This document shows, in pieces, positions 29,544 through 38,135 of a stretch of DNA of 64,000 nucleotides. The stretch's first letter is position 1. Every line of letters starts with the position of its first letter. Origin of the DNA: an uncultured Gemmiger sp. GTDB taxonomy: Bacteria > Bacillota > Clostridia > Oscillospirales > Ruminococcaceae. Both the position numbers and the translations under genes were made by a program. The notes under the pieces were generated by a model. The model made no database searches and had not been told where the DNA came from. It worked only from the letters and a program-made list of their open reading frames with translations. The DNA lies in the NCBI GenBank assembly GCA_944382835.1, contig CALWNP010000011.1, positions 535 to 64,534 on the forward strand, read 5' to 3'.

Positions 29544-30488
29544 ATGGACAAGATCGCGGTGATGATCCCCTGCTACAACGAGGCCAAAACGGTGGAAAAA
29601 GTGGTTTCGGATTTCCGCCGTGTCCTGCCCGAGGCGGTGGTGTATGTCTATGACAACAACTCCACCGACGGCACCCCGGAACTGGCGGAGGCCGCCGGCG
29701 CGGTGGTGCGGCATGAATACCGCCAGGGCAAGGGCAATGTGATGCGCCGGATGTTCCGGGAGATTGATGCCGAGGCCTATATTCTGGTGGACGGCGATGA
29801 TACCTACCCCGCCGAGGCAGCCCCCGGAATGATCCGGGCGGTGCTGGAGCGGCAGGCGGACATGGTGGTGGGGGACCGGCTTTCCAGCACCTATTTTACC
29901 CAGAACAAGCGTCCCTTCCACAATTTCGGCAACAGTCTGGTCCGCTTTTCCATCAACTGGCTGTTCGGCAGCCAGATCAAGGATATCATGACGGGATACC
30001 GCGCTTTCAGTTATCTCTTTGTGAAGACCTACCCGGTGCTCTCCCACGGGTTCGAGATTGAAACCGAAATGTCCATCCACGCGGTGCAGCGCTCGATGCA
30101 GATTGAAAATGTGGTGATCGACTACCGGGACCGTCCGGCGGGCAGCGAGAGCAAGCTGAACACCTATTCCGATGGAATGAAGGTCCTTTGGACCATCCTG
30201 CGGCTGTTCAAAAATTATCGCCCCTTTGGATTCTTCAGCATCCTGGCTGCGGTGATCGCGGTGCTCAGTGTTCTGTTTATGCTGCCGGTGGTGGGGGAGT
30301 ATTTGGTGACCGGGCTGGTGCCCCGTTTCCCGACCCTCATTGTCTGTGGCTGTGCCATGGTAGGGGCGCTGCTGCTTTTTGTCTCGGGCATCATTCTGTC
30401 CCAGATGCTGGACAAGGACCGCCGGGATTTTGAATTTCATCTTCAACAAGTGGAACATTGGAAAAAACAAGGAGACCGTCCTGCCTGA
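29544..30488 (+). CDS. GT2 polyprenol-phosphate glycosyltransferase (DPM1/GtrB-like)
   Basis: IPCYNE, YDNNSTD, GKGNV, LVDGDDTY, TGYRAF, two C-terminal TM helices. Confidence 0.9.
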   Translation: MDKIAVMIPCYNEAKTVEKVVSDFRRVLPEAVVYVYDNNSTDGTPELAEAAGAVVRHEYRQGKGNVMRRMFREIDAEAYILVDGDDTYPAEAAPGMIRAVLERQADMVVGDRLSSTYFTQNKRPFHNFGNSLVRFSINWLFGSQIKDIMTGYRAFSYLFVKTYPVLSHGFEIETEMSIHAVQRSMQIENVVIDYRDRPAGSESKLNTYSDGMKVLWTILRLFKNYRPFGFFSILAAVIAVLSVLFMLPVVGEYLVTGLVPRFPTLIVCGCAMVGALLLFVSGIILSQMLDKDRRDFEFHLQQVEHWKKQGDRPA

Positions 30489-30525
30489 AGAACAGGCTTA
30501 CGGATCCTGATGGGAGGAAATTGCT

Positions 30526-31659
30526 TTGAAACAGTATGATTATCTGATTGTCGGTGCAGGCCTGTTTGGCGCTGTGTTTGCCCACGAAGCCACCAAGGCG
30601 GGGCGGCGCTGCATGGTGATTGACAAGCGGGAGCACATTGCCGGCAATGTCTATACCGAGGAGATCGAGGGCATCAACGTCCACCGCTACGGGGCGCATA
30701 TCTTCCACACCAACAATAAGGAAGTGTGGGATTATGTCAACGGGTTTGCCACCTTCAACCGCTATACCAACTCCCCGGTGGCCAACTTCCACGGCGAGAT
30801 CTACAACCTTCCCTTCAATATGAACACCTTCAACAAGATGTGGGGAGTCGTTACGCCGGCAGAAGCCATGGCCAAGATCGAGGAGCAGCGGGCCCAGCAC
30901 TTTACGCCGGATCCCAAAAACCTGGAGGAACAGGCCATCAACCTGGTGGGCACCGACATCTACGACAAGCTGGTCAAGGGCTACACCGAGAAGCAGTGGG
31001 GCCGCCCCTGCACCGAACTGCCCGCCTTCATCATCAAGCGGATCCCGGTGCGCTACACCTATGACAACAATTATTTCAATGCATTGTATCAGGGCATTCC
31101 CTGTGGCGGCTACACCAAGATGGTGGAGCGGATGCTGGAGGGGGTTGAGGTGCGGCTGAACACCAACTACCTTCAGAACAAGGCCGAGCTGGATGCCCTG
31201 GCCGGCCGGGTGATTTATACCGGCCCTGTGGATGCCTACTTCGACTATGCCCTCGGCGCCCTGCAATACCGCAGTGTCCGTTTCGAGACCGAAGTGCTGG
31301 ACTGCCCCAACTACCAGGGCAATGCGGTGGTCAACTACACCGACCGGGAAACCCCCTATACCCGGGTCATCGAGCACAAGCATTTCGAGTTCGGCTCCAC
31401 CGAGCCCGGTACCAAAACGGTCATCAGCCGGGAGTACAGCGCCGAGTGGACACCGGGGGATGAACCCTATTATCCCGTCAACGATGACACCAACAACGCC
31501 CTCTACGCCCGGTACAAGGCGATGGCGGATGCGGAGCCTCATGTGGTGTTCGGGGGCCGTCTGGGCGAATATCGCTACTATGACATGGACAAAGTGATCG
31601 AGAGTGCACTGGCCTGTGTCAAGGTCCAGTTGGGAAAAATCAATCAGTATAACGTGTAA
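30526..31659 (+). CDS. glf: UDP-galactopyranose mutase
   Basis: GAGLFG FAD motif, HRYGAHIFHT, YTEKQWG, EPYYP, GRLGEYRYYDMD. Confidence 0.97.
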   Translation: MKQYDYLIVGAGLFGAVFAHEATKAGRRCMVIDKREHIAGNVYTEEIEGINVHRYGAHIFHTNNKEVWDYVNGFATFNRYTNSPVANFHGEIYNLPFNMNTFNKMWGVVTPAEAMAKIEEQRAQHFTPDPKNLEEQAINLVGTDIYDKLVKGYTEKQWGRPCTELPAFIIKRIPVRYTYDNNYFNALYQGIPCGGYTKMVERMLEGVEVRLNTNYLQNKAELDALAGRVIYTGPVDAYFDYALGALQYRSVRFETEVLDCPNYQGNAVVNYTDRETPYTRVIEHKHFEFGSTEPGTKTVISREYSAEWTPGDEPYYPVNDDTNNALYARYKAMADAEPHVVFGGRLGEYRYYDMDKVIESALACVKVQLGKINQYNV

Positions 31660-31671
31660 TCATCAAACATT

Positions 31672-31718
31672 GCGGCTGTCCTGCACCAACCGGTTTGGCG
31701 ACAGGACAGCCGCTTTTT
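31672..31718 (+). terminator. intrinsic terminator
   Basis: GCGGCTGTCCTG...CAGGACAGCCGC followed by a T run. Confidence 0.88.
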
Positions 31719-31747
31719 GGGATTTGTGGGATTTTTGATGCCGGGGT

Positions 31748-31776
31748 TTGATTTTTAGATACGGTTAAGGTACAAT
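31748..31776 (+). promoter_or_regulatory. sigma-A promoter of the rpe operon
   Basis: TTGATT-N17-TACAAT. Confidence 0.7.
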
Positions 31777-31831
31777 ATAGCTGTATATGGATTTGTGCCA
31801 TTGCGGGCACCAGGGGAAAGGATATTGAAAG

Positions 31832-32485
31832 ATGATTCAAGTAAGCGCCTCCATTCTGTCGGCAGATTTCGCCACCTTGGGGCAGGAGTGTATCCGGGTT
31901 TTGGATGCCGGGGCCGATATGCTGCATTACGATGTGATGGACGGGCATTTTGTTCCCAACATCACCTATGGAATACCGGTTCTTGCCAGTCTGTGCCGTG
32001 CACTGCCCCAGGCGTGCTTTGACGCACATCTGATGATCCGGGACCCGATCCGCTATACGCCGCAGTTTATCAAAGCCGGTGCCGAGTGGATTACCTTCCA
32101 TCTGGAAGCGGTTCCCGATGCGGTGGAGCAGACCATTGACCTGATCCACCAGTCCGGTGCCAAGGCCGGGGGTTCCATCTGCCCGGCAACGCCTGTGGAG
32201 GCGCTGGACCCCTATCTGGACAAGCTGGACCTGGTCCTGATCATGGGGGTGGAGCCGGGATTCGGCGGACAGAAATTCCTGCCCCAAACCCCTGAACGGG
32301 TTGCCGCGGTGGCAAAGGCCTGCGCGGCACGCAATCTGCACCCGGTCATCCAGGTGGACGGCGGCATCAATGCCCAGACGGCCCCCCTCTGCGTCGCAGC
32401 AGGGGCCAACAACCTGGTGATGGGCAGCGCCCTGTTTGGGGCAAACGACCCCGCCGAAGTTGTCCGCGCGGTCAAATCTCTCTGA
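31832..32485 (+). CDS. rpe: ribulose-phosphate 3-epimerase
   Basis: SILSADF, DVMDGHFVPNIT, DAHLM, MGVEPGFGGQKF, VDGGI. Confidence 0.97.
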   Translation: MIQVSASILSADFATLGQECIRVLDAGADMLHYDVMDGHFVPNITYGIPVLASLCRALPQACFDAHLMIRDPIRYTPQFIKAGAEWITFHLEAVPDAVEQTIDLIHQSGAKAGGSICPATPVEALDPYLDKLDLVLIMGVEPGFGGQKFLPQTPERVAAVAKACAARNLHPVIQVDGGINAQTAPLCVAAGANNLVMGSALFGANDPAEVVRAVKSL

Positions 32486-32519
32486 ATGCAGTCTCTTCCG
32501 CCGGGACCAAGGAGGAACC

Positions 32520-33533
32520 ATGCCAAGACTACCCAGAATTGAGAAAAGTGTCAATTACGACTATTATGCCGATCTTTTGTGGTGCTGCGTGCCGCTGATG
32601 GCCATGAGCGTTTACTATTATGGCCTGCGCCCATTGCTGCTGATGGCGGTGGCGCTGCTGACCGCCTATATCTGTGACTGTCTGGTGACCCCGCTGCACG
32701 CTGCGGGGTATCGCCCTCATGAGCCCAGCAGCGAGTGTTTCGCCGCACTGATCACCCTGCTGATGCCGGCCACCGTGCCCTACGCCATCCTGGTGGTGGC
32801 AGTCATTACCGCGGTGATGGCCAAGGAGGCATTCGGCGGGGAAGGGCATTATCCTTTCCACCCCACTGCGGTGGGAATTGCTGTGGCCGCCATCTCCTGG
32901 CCCAACACCCTCTTCAGCTATCCCATTCCGGGAACCAAATTGCCGCTGTGGAATCCGACCGATGTCACCCTGACCAGCGGGATGCAGGCAACCCTGCGCA
33001 CCGGTGGTCTGCCTTCGGCCAGTACCATGAACCTGCTGGTGGGGAATGTGGAGGGCCCCTTGGGCACCTGTGCTGTGCTGGTGATCTGTGCCTGCGGCCT
33101 GTTCCTGCTGGTGCGCAAACACCTGCATCTCTCCATCTTTCTGCCTTATCTGGCGGTGCTGGTGGTGCTGCCCTGGCTGTTCCCCAGCCTGAATGAGCTG
33201 CCCAACCTGTCCTTCCCTTGGGAATATGTCCGCCAGCGCATCTATCTGGAAAAGTATATTCTGCTGTCCGGAACCTCGCTGTTCGGCGGACTGTTCCTGG
33301 CCAGTGAGCCGGTCACCTGTCCCAACCGCACAGCCAGTCGGATCATCTACGGGTTGGTGCTGGGCGTTGCGGCAGTGGCTTTCCGCTATTTCAGCATCTA
33401 TGAAACCGGCATCTGCTTCGCCTTGCTGATTGTGGGCGCCTTCCCCGAGTGGCTGGATCTCGTGGGCCGCCGTGCCGAGCGGATGAGATTTATGAAGAAG
33501 GAGGAGAAGCGGCTTGCCAAACATGGAGCATAA
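32520..33533 (+). CDS. rnfD: RnfD/NqrB-family membrane protein, divergent
   Basis: YYYGLRPLLL, AKEAFGGEG, GNVEGPLG, FLASEPVTCP, IIYGLVLG align by eye to RnfD; S/T-A-T-P FMN motif not seen; AAGGAGG RBS. Confidence 0.8.
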   Translation: MPRLPRIEKSVNYDYYADLLWCCVPLMAMSVYYYGLRPLLLMAVALLTAYICDCLVTPLHAAGYRPHEPSSECFAALITLLMPATVPYAILVVAVITAVMAKEAFGGEGHYPFHPTAVGIAVAAISWPNTLFSYPIPGTKLPLWNPTDVTLTSGMQATLRTGGLPSASTMNLLVGNVEGPLGTCAVLVICACGLFLLVRKHLHLSIFLPYLAVLVVLPWLFPSLNELPNLSFPWEYVRQRIYLEKYILLSGTSLFGGLFLASEPVTCPNRTASRIIYGLVLGVAAVAFRYFSIYETGICFALLIVGAFPEWLDLVGRRAERMRFMKKEEKRLAKHGA

Positions 33534-34395
33534 CAATCCCAAACGGAAGAAAAAGCCTGTTCAGCATACGCAAACCGTTATCATTCCTCAGATCACGCCG
33601 GAAATCCTGGAACAGGCCCGGCGTGCGGCCGAAACGCCGCCCACGCCGCCACAGCCTGCACCGGAACAGCCCCGGCAGGAACAGCGGACTGAACAACCCC
33701 GGCCGGCGGCGCAGCAGACCCATGCCAAACCGGCCAAGCGGACCCGGGCCGAAGCCGAGGCGGAGCTGTATCAGAGCATCCATGACGACCACCTGTGGCT
33801 GAACAACCCGGTGATGGTCCGTGGCCTGGGCTTGGCCCCGGTGGTGGCGGTGGCCAGCGATGGCGACAATGCCCTGATGCTGTGCGCGGCGGCCATCCTG
33901 TTGCTGACCACCACCCGAATGCTGGCGGTAGCGGTGTGCCACCTGACCGGAAACCGGTTCCGTGCCCTGGTGTATTCCTTCTCGGCCGCGGTACTGTACA
34001 TTCCGGCCTATCTGATCCTGTATCACCTGTTTGGTGCCGACCTTTCGGTGCTGGGCATTTATCTGCCGCTGCTGGTGGTGGAACCTGCCATCATCAAGCG
34101 CTTGGAGGCACCGGAACTGGAATCGGTGGGAGAGGCCTTCCGTCGGGGCATCAACAATACCGTCGGCCTTTGCATCTCACTGCTGCTGGTGGGAAGCCTG
34201 CGGGAGGTTCTCTCGGTGGGCACCCTGTTCGGCCATACAATTCTGAACACCCAGCTCCTTCCGCTGGCCAGCCAGCCGGCGGGCGGTTTCCTGCTGCTGG
34301 GATTCATCTCGGCCATCTGGACCGCAGTAGGCGGCGCCTACGTCCATTACAAACGGGAGGAGGTGCGCCATCTGTATGGTAACCGGAAGCATTGA
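33514..34395 (+). CDS. rnfE: RnfE/NqrD-family membrane protein with Pro/Gln-rich N-terminal extension, divergent
   Basis: NNPVMVRGLGLAP, YLPLLVV, LLLVGSLREVLSVGTLFG, PAGGFLLLG. Confidence 0.8.
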   Translation: MPNMEHNNPKRKKKPVQHTQTVIIPQITPEILEQARRAAETPPTPPQPAPEQPRQEQRTEQPRPAAQQTHAKPAKRTRAEAEAELYQSIHDDHLWLNNPVMVRGLGLAPVVAVASDGDNALMLCAAAILLLTTTRMLAVAVCHLTGNRFRALVYSFSAAVLYIPAYLILYHLFGADLSVLGIYLPLLVVEPAIIKRLEAPELESVGEAFRRGINNTVGLCISLLLVGSLREVLSVGTLFGHTILNTQLLPLASQPAGGFLLLGFISAIWTAVGGAYVHYKREEVRHLYGNRKH

Positions 34396-35026
34396 GATGA
34401 CGGTTTTTCAGGCAATCGGGCAGTTCATCAGCTATGCGGTGCTGGCCATCTTTGCTGAGAACGTGGTGTTCTCCCGGGCCCTGGGCGTGTCTCGCCTTAC
34501 CAAACTGGTGTCGGACCCCGATGTCAAAACCTGGCAGTATTGCACTCCGGTCATTCTGGTGCAGCTGCTCAGCGCCCCCGCCGGATGGGCGGCACACAAC
34601 CTTCTCTTCAACTGGATTCGCACCTGGCTGCCTGCCTGGATGCCGATTGCAACGCTTCGTCCGGTAATCTACCTGACCTGTGCTGCGTTGGCCATGGCGG
34701 TGGTATGGCTGTTGCTCTCGGTTTTTCCGGCCGGGCAGCGGGCGGCTTTTCGGGAACAGCTTCCCCTGGCCACCTGCAACTGTTGTGTCTTGGGCACCCT
34801 GCTGATTTGCGCCAACCAGAATTACACCCTGTTGCAGTACATTGCCTTTGGTCTGGGCAGCGGCGTGGGTTATCTGGTGGCGGTGCTGGTGGTGGATGAA
34901 GGCCGCCGCCGGCTGCGCAGCAAGGATATTCCGGCCGTGTTCCGGGGGTTGCCCAGCTATCTGATCTATATTGGCATTCTTTCCTTGGCCATCTATGGCC
35001 TGATGGGGCATGGTGTGACCCTTTAA
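34376..35026 (+). CDS. rnfA: RnfA/NqrE-family membrane protein, divergent
   Basis: ENVVFSRALG, LPLATCNCCVLG, GLGSGVGYLVA, IPAVFRGLP. Confidence 0.82.
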   Translation: MVTGSIEMTVFQAIGQFISYAVLAIFAENVVFSRALGVSRLTKLVSDPDVKTWQYCTPVILVQLLSAPAGWAAHNLLFNWIRTWLPAWMPIATLRPVIYLTCAALAMAVVWLLLSVFPAGQRAAFREQLPLATCNCCVLGTLLICANQNYTLLQYIAFGLGSGVGYLVAVLVVDEGRRRLRSKDIPAVFRGLPSYLIYIGILSLAIYGLMGHGVTL

Positions 35027-35051
35027 ATTATCAGGAATCAGGTGAATCAAA

Positions 35052-36332
35052 ATGAATCGTTGTTTTCTCCCCGCAGAAATCCTGCTGCCGCCGGAGGGGA
35101 CCCCGCTGGATCCCTGGGCGTGTATTGCGGTGGATCAGTTCACTTCCCAGCCTGAATACTGGCAGAAAGCCGAGGAACGGGCGGCGGGAAAACCCAGTAC
35201 CCTGCACATTGTGCTGCCCGAGGCCTATCTGGGAACCCTACAGGAGGAAGAACGGCTGCGGTCCATCCGTGCCGCGATGGAGGATTACCGTGCCCATCTG
35301 CTGACCCGACAGGTCCATGGCTTTATCTATCTGGAACGGACCCAGATGGACGGAACCATCCGCCAGGGTCTGGTTGGGGCGGTGGATCTGGAAGCGTACA
35401 GCTACGATCCCGGCGCCAAACTGGCCATCCGCCCCAGCGAAAACACCGTTGTCTCCCGGATTCCGCCCCGGCTCAAGGTGCGGCGGGGGGCCAGTCTGGA
35501 AACACCTCATGTGATGATGCTGGCAGACGACCCGGAAGAAACCCTCATCGAGCCGGTGGCTGCCCATAAGGCCCAGCTGCCTCTGTTGTACGACGGTGAG
35601 CTCATGCTGGGCGGCGGCCATCTGCGCGGCTGGGCGGTGGAAGACCCTGCCCTGATCCAGACCATCCAGGATGCCATCGATGGGTTGGGGGATGCCGGAC
35701 GCTTCGCCGCGCGGTGGCCAGATGCCGTCGACCAGCCTCCCATGGTGCTGGCGGTGGGGGATGGCAACCATTCCCTGGCAACAGCCAAGGCCTATTGGGA
35801 GGAACTGAAGGCCACCCTGACACCAGAACAGCAGCAGAATCACCCGGCCCGGTACTGCCTGGCCGAGGTCTGCAATGTTCATTCGCCGGCCATCGAGATC
35901 GAGCCGATCCATCGGGTGGTGTTTGGCAGCAACGCCGGAGAAGTGCGCCAGGCGATGGCGCTCTGGCTGAGCCAACGGGGTGCTGAGCTTGTGGAAGCGC
36001 CGGCGGAGCAGACCTTTGTCCTGGTGGGCGATGGTGCCGAAGAGACGTTGGGCATTCACAATGCCCCGGCCCCCCTGACGGTAGGCACGGTGGAACAATT
36101 CCTGGCAGATTATCTTGCCGCCCACCCCGAAAGTTCGGTGGATTACATCCACGGTGCAGAGACTGCCCGGTCGATGGCCGGGGAAAAGGCCACGGCGCTG
36201 CTGATGCCGGAGTTTGCCAAGGCAGATTTGTTCCGCGGCGTGGTTTTGGGCGGTGTGCTGCCCCGTAAAACCTTCAGCATGGGGCACGCCGAGGAAAAAC
36301 GCTATTACAACGAATGCCGCAGCCTGATCTAA
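35052..36332 (+). CDS. DUF1015 family protein
   Basis: WACIAVDQFTS, PSTLHIVLPE, VGDGNHSLATAK, LPRKTFSMG..EKRYY.ECR. Confidence 0.85.
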   Translation: MNRCFLPAEILLPPEGTPLDPWACIAVDQFTSQPEYWQKAEERAAGKPSTLHIVLPEAYLGTLQEEERLRSIRAAMEDYRAHLLTRQVHGFIYLERTQMDGTIRQGLVGAVDLEAYSYDPGAKLAIRPSENTVVSRIPPRLKVRRGASLETPHVMMLADDPEETLIEPVAAHKAQLPLLYDGELMLGGGHLRGWAVEDPALIQTIQDAIDGLGDAGRFAARWPDAVDQPPMVLAVGDGNHSLATAKAYWEELKATLTPEQQQNHPARYCLAEVCNVHSPAIEIEPIHRVVFGSNAGEVRQAMALWLSQRGAELVEAPAEQTFVLVGDGAEETLGIHNAPAPLTVGTVEQFLADYLAAHPESSVDYIHGAETARSMAGEKATALLMPEFAKADLFRGVVLGGVLPRKTFSMGHAEEKRYYNECRSLI

Positions 36333-36365
36333 CAGAAGACTGCCCGAAACAGAAGGGAAGTACCA

Positions 36366-36845
36366 ATGGCCACAAACGAGAAAAATACACCCAATCAAGC
36401 GGCACCCCAGGGGGCGTCCTCCTCAGCGCGTCGCCGTCGGCGCCGCAGCCATCACAGTGGTGGGAGCACCCAGGCGCAGAGCGGGGGACAGAACGGGGAA
36501 AAGGCAGCTGCGGCACAGCCGAAAAAACAATCCGGTGGCAAGGCAGCTGCCAACCGGCAGCCATCGCAGAACCAAGGTCGCAAGCAGAATGGCCGCGGTA
36601 GTTCCGGGACCAAAAACACCCCGGCCAAAGCCGGTCAGGAGCCCCGCAGCCATCGCGCTGCTGAACCGCGCCGCCGCACATCGGCACGGGAGGAAGATCC
36701 CGGTCTGGTGCTGATTACCCGGCGGCCGCCCAAACAGAAGTTTGCCAATTTTGAAGAGTACATTGCCGCCCACGGCGGAGTGACCGCTCCCATTCCGGGA
36801 GAGGAGGAGACTGACCCCGATGACCGGACGGAGGAGAACAGATGA
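36366..36845 (+). CDS. basic low-complexity hypothetical protein
   Basis: Arg/Lys/Gln/Gly/Ser-rich; short ordered-looking KQKFANFEEYIAAHGGVTAPI near the C-terminus; overlaps the rlmA start. Confidence 0.7.
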   Translation: MATNEKNTPNQAAPQGASSSARRRRRRSHHSGGSTQAQSGGQNGEKAAAAQPKKQSGGKAAANRQPSQNQGRKQNGRGSSGTKNTPAKAGQEPRSHRAAEPRRRTSAREEDPGLVLITRRPPKQKFANFEEYIAAHGGVTAPIPGEEETDPDDRTEENR

Positions 36846-37678
36846 CCCCTGAAACGGTCGGTGGTCTGCGCTGCCCGGTTTGTCACGGTCCTTTGATGCA
36901 GATGGGCCGTTCGCTGCGTTGTGCTAAGGGCCACAGCTTTGATCTGGCCAAGGAAGGCTATGTCAATCTGCTGCCCATCCAGAAAAAGCATGCTGCCGAT
37001 CCCGGCGACGGCAAGGAGATGGTGCGGGCGCGGCGCCGCTTTTTGGAAGGGGAATGGTATGGCCCGTTCCGCCGGATGCTGGCCACCCTCTGCTGCCAGT
37101 ATGCGCCTCAGGATCGCCCGGCCCGGATTGTGGATGCCGGATGCGGCGAGGGAAGCTATGACCGGGCGGTGCTGGATGCTCTGCAGCAGCGAGGGGAGCT
37201 GATCGGCTTTGACCTCTCCAAGGAGGCGGTGCGGCTGGCCGCCCGACTGGTTCCCCAGGCCGCCTTTGCGGTGGGGGGCAGTTTCTGTGCCCCTGTGCGG
37301 GATGGCTGGGCGGATCTACTGCTCAACGTCTTTTCCCCCATGGCACGGGAGGAATTTCTAAGGATGCTGCGGCCCGGCGGCTATCTGATCTATGCGGTCC
37401 CCACCCCGCGGCATCTCTACGGCCTTAAGCAGATTTTATACCAGACGCCCTACGAGAACCCTGTCCAGCAGACCGACTACGAAGGTCTGCGGTTCGTGGA
37501 GCGGCGGGATGTCAGTGATGAGATTACCCTGAAAGGGGACCAGATTCAGGATCTCTTCGCCATGACGCCTTATTACTGGAACACCCCGGCGCAGGGGACA
37601 CAGCGGTTGTCCCAATGCACCCGGCTGACCACCGAAATCGGTTTCGGTTTCCTGGTCTATCAAAAACCCCAACCCTGA
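36842..37678 (+). CDS. rlmA: RlmA-like 23S rRNA m1G745/748 methyltransferase
   Basis: Zinc finger CPVC...CAKGHSFD, GYVNLL, DAGCGEG SAM motif, LFAMTPYYW. Confidence 0.88.
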   Translation: MTPETVGGLRCPVCHGPLMQMGRSLRCAKGHSFDLAKEGYVNLLPIQKKHAADPGDGKEMVRARRRFLEGEWYGPFRRMLATLCCQYAPQDRPARIVDAGCGEGSYDRAVLDALQQRGELIGFDLSKEAVRLAARLVPQAAFAVGGSFCAPVRDGWADLLLNVFSPMAREEFLRMLRPGGYLIYAVPTPRHLYGLKQILYQTPYENPVQQTDYEGLRFVERRDVSDEITLKGDQIQDLFAMTPYYWNTPAQGTQRLSQCTRLTTEIGFGFLVYQKPQP

Positions 37679-37683
37679 CAAAA

Positions 37684-37732
37684 CAAACCCCGCCCCCGTC
37701 TGCTGTGTGCGACAGACGGGGGCGGGGTTTTG
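37684..37732. terminator. bidirectional intrinsic terminator
   Basis: AAACCCCGCCCCCGTCTG...CAGACGGGGGCGGGGTTTT between convergent genes. Confidence 0.9.
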
Positions 37733-37738
37733 CTGTGA

Positions 37739-38053
37739 TTACAGGTCGTCGGCATCCTGGGTGGGGACCTCATGGGTGCCGGGCTCGGGGACACCGGTCC
37801 AGCTCCCCAGGGGGTCGTTGTGGCTGGTCTGGGGCGGAACATCCTTTTTGTTGTCAGCCTGCTGCGGGCTCTGGTCCCGGCTCTCGGCGGGGGTGCGCAG
37901 CTCCCGGGCCGACATCCCGGCCGGAAATCCCGGCATGGCGCCCGGAACACCGGGCAGAAAACCGGGCAGCATATCACTGCCTTCGGGAATGTTGGTCCAG
38001 AAATCTTCCCGCTCTTCCTCGGCGCCGCGGGGGCCGTGCTGATGATGATACAT
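37739..38053 (-). CDS. small acidic Pro/Gly-rich hypothetical protein
   Basis: AAGGAG RBS before ATG 38053; ends DPLGSWTGVP...PTQDADDL, a tail I recall from clostridial hypothetical proteins. Confidence 0.7.
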   Translation of the reverse strand: MYHHQHGPRGAEEEREDFWTNIPEGSDMLPGFLPGVPGAMPGFPAGMSARELRTPAESRDQSPQQADNKKDVPPQTSHNDPLGSWTGVPEPGTHEVPTQDADDL

Positions 38054-38135
38054 CCTTACCACTCCTTTGCCTGGTATAAGCCCGGGCCAATCGACCCAAA
38101 CTATGTTTACAGTTTGCTGCAAAGGAGTGGGTTTT

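Noticed and set aside
32520-35026. rnfD/E/A-like genes as pseudogenes
   Set aside because: Full-length, uninterrupted, with good RBSs and coupled overlaps; motif loss is targeted rather than random
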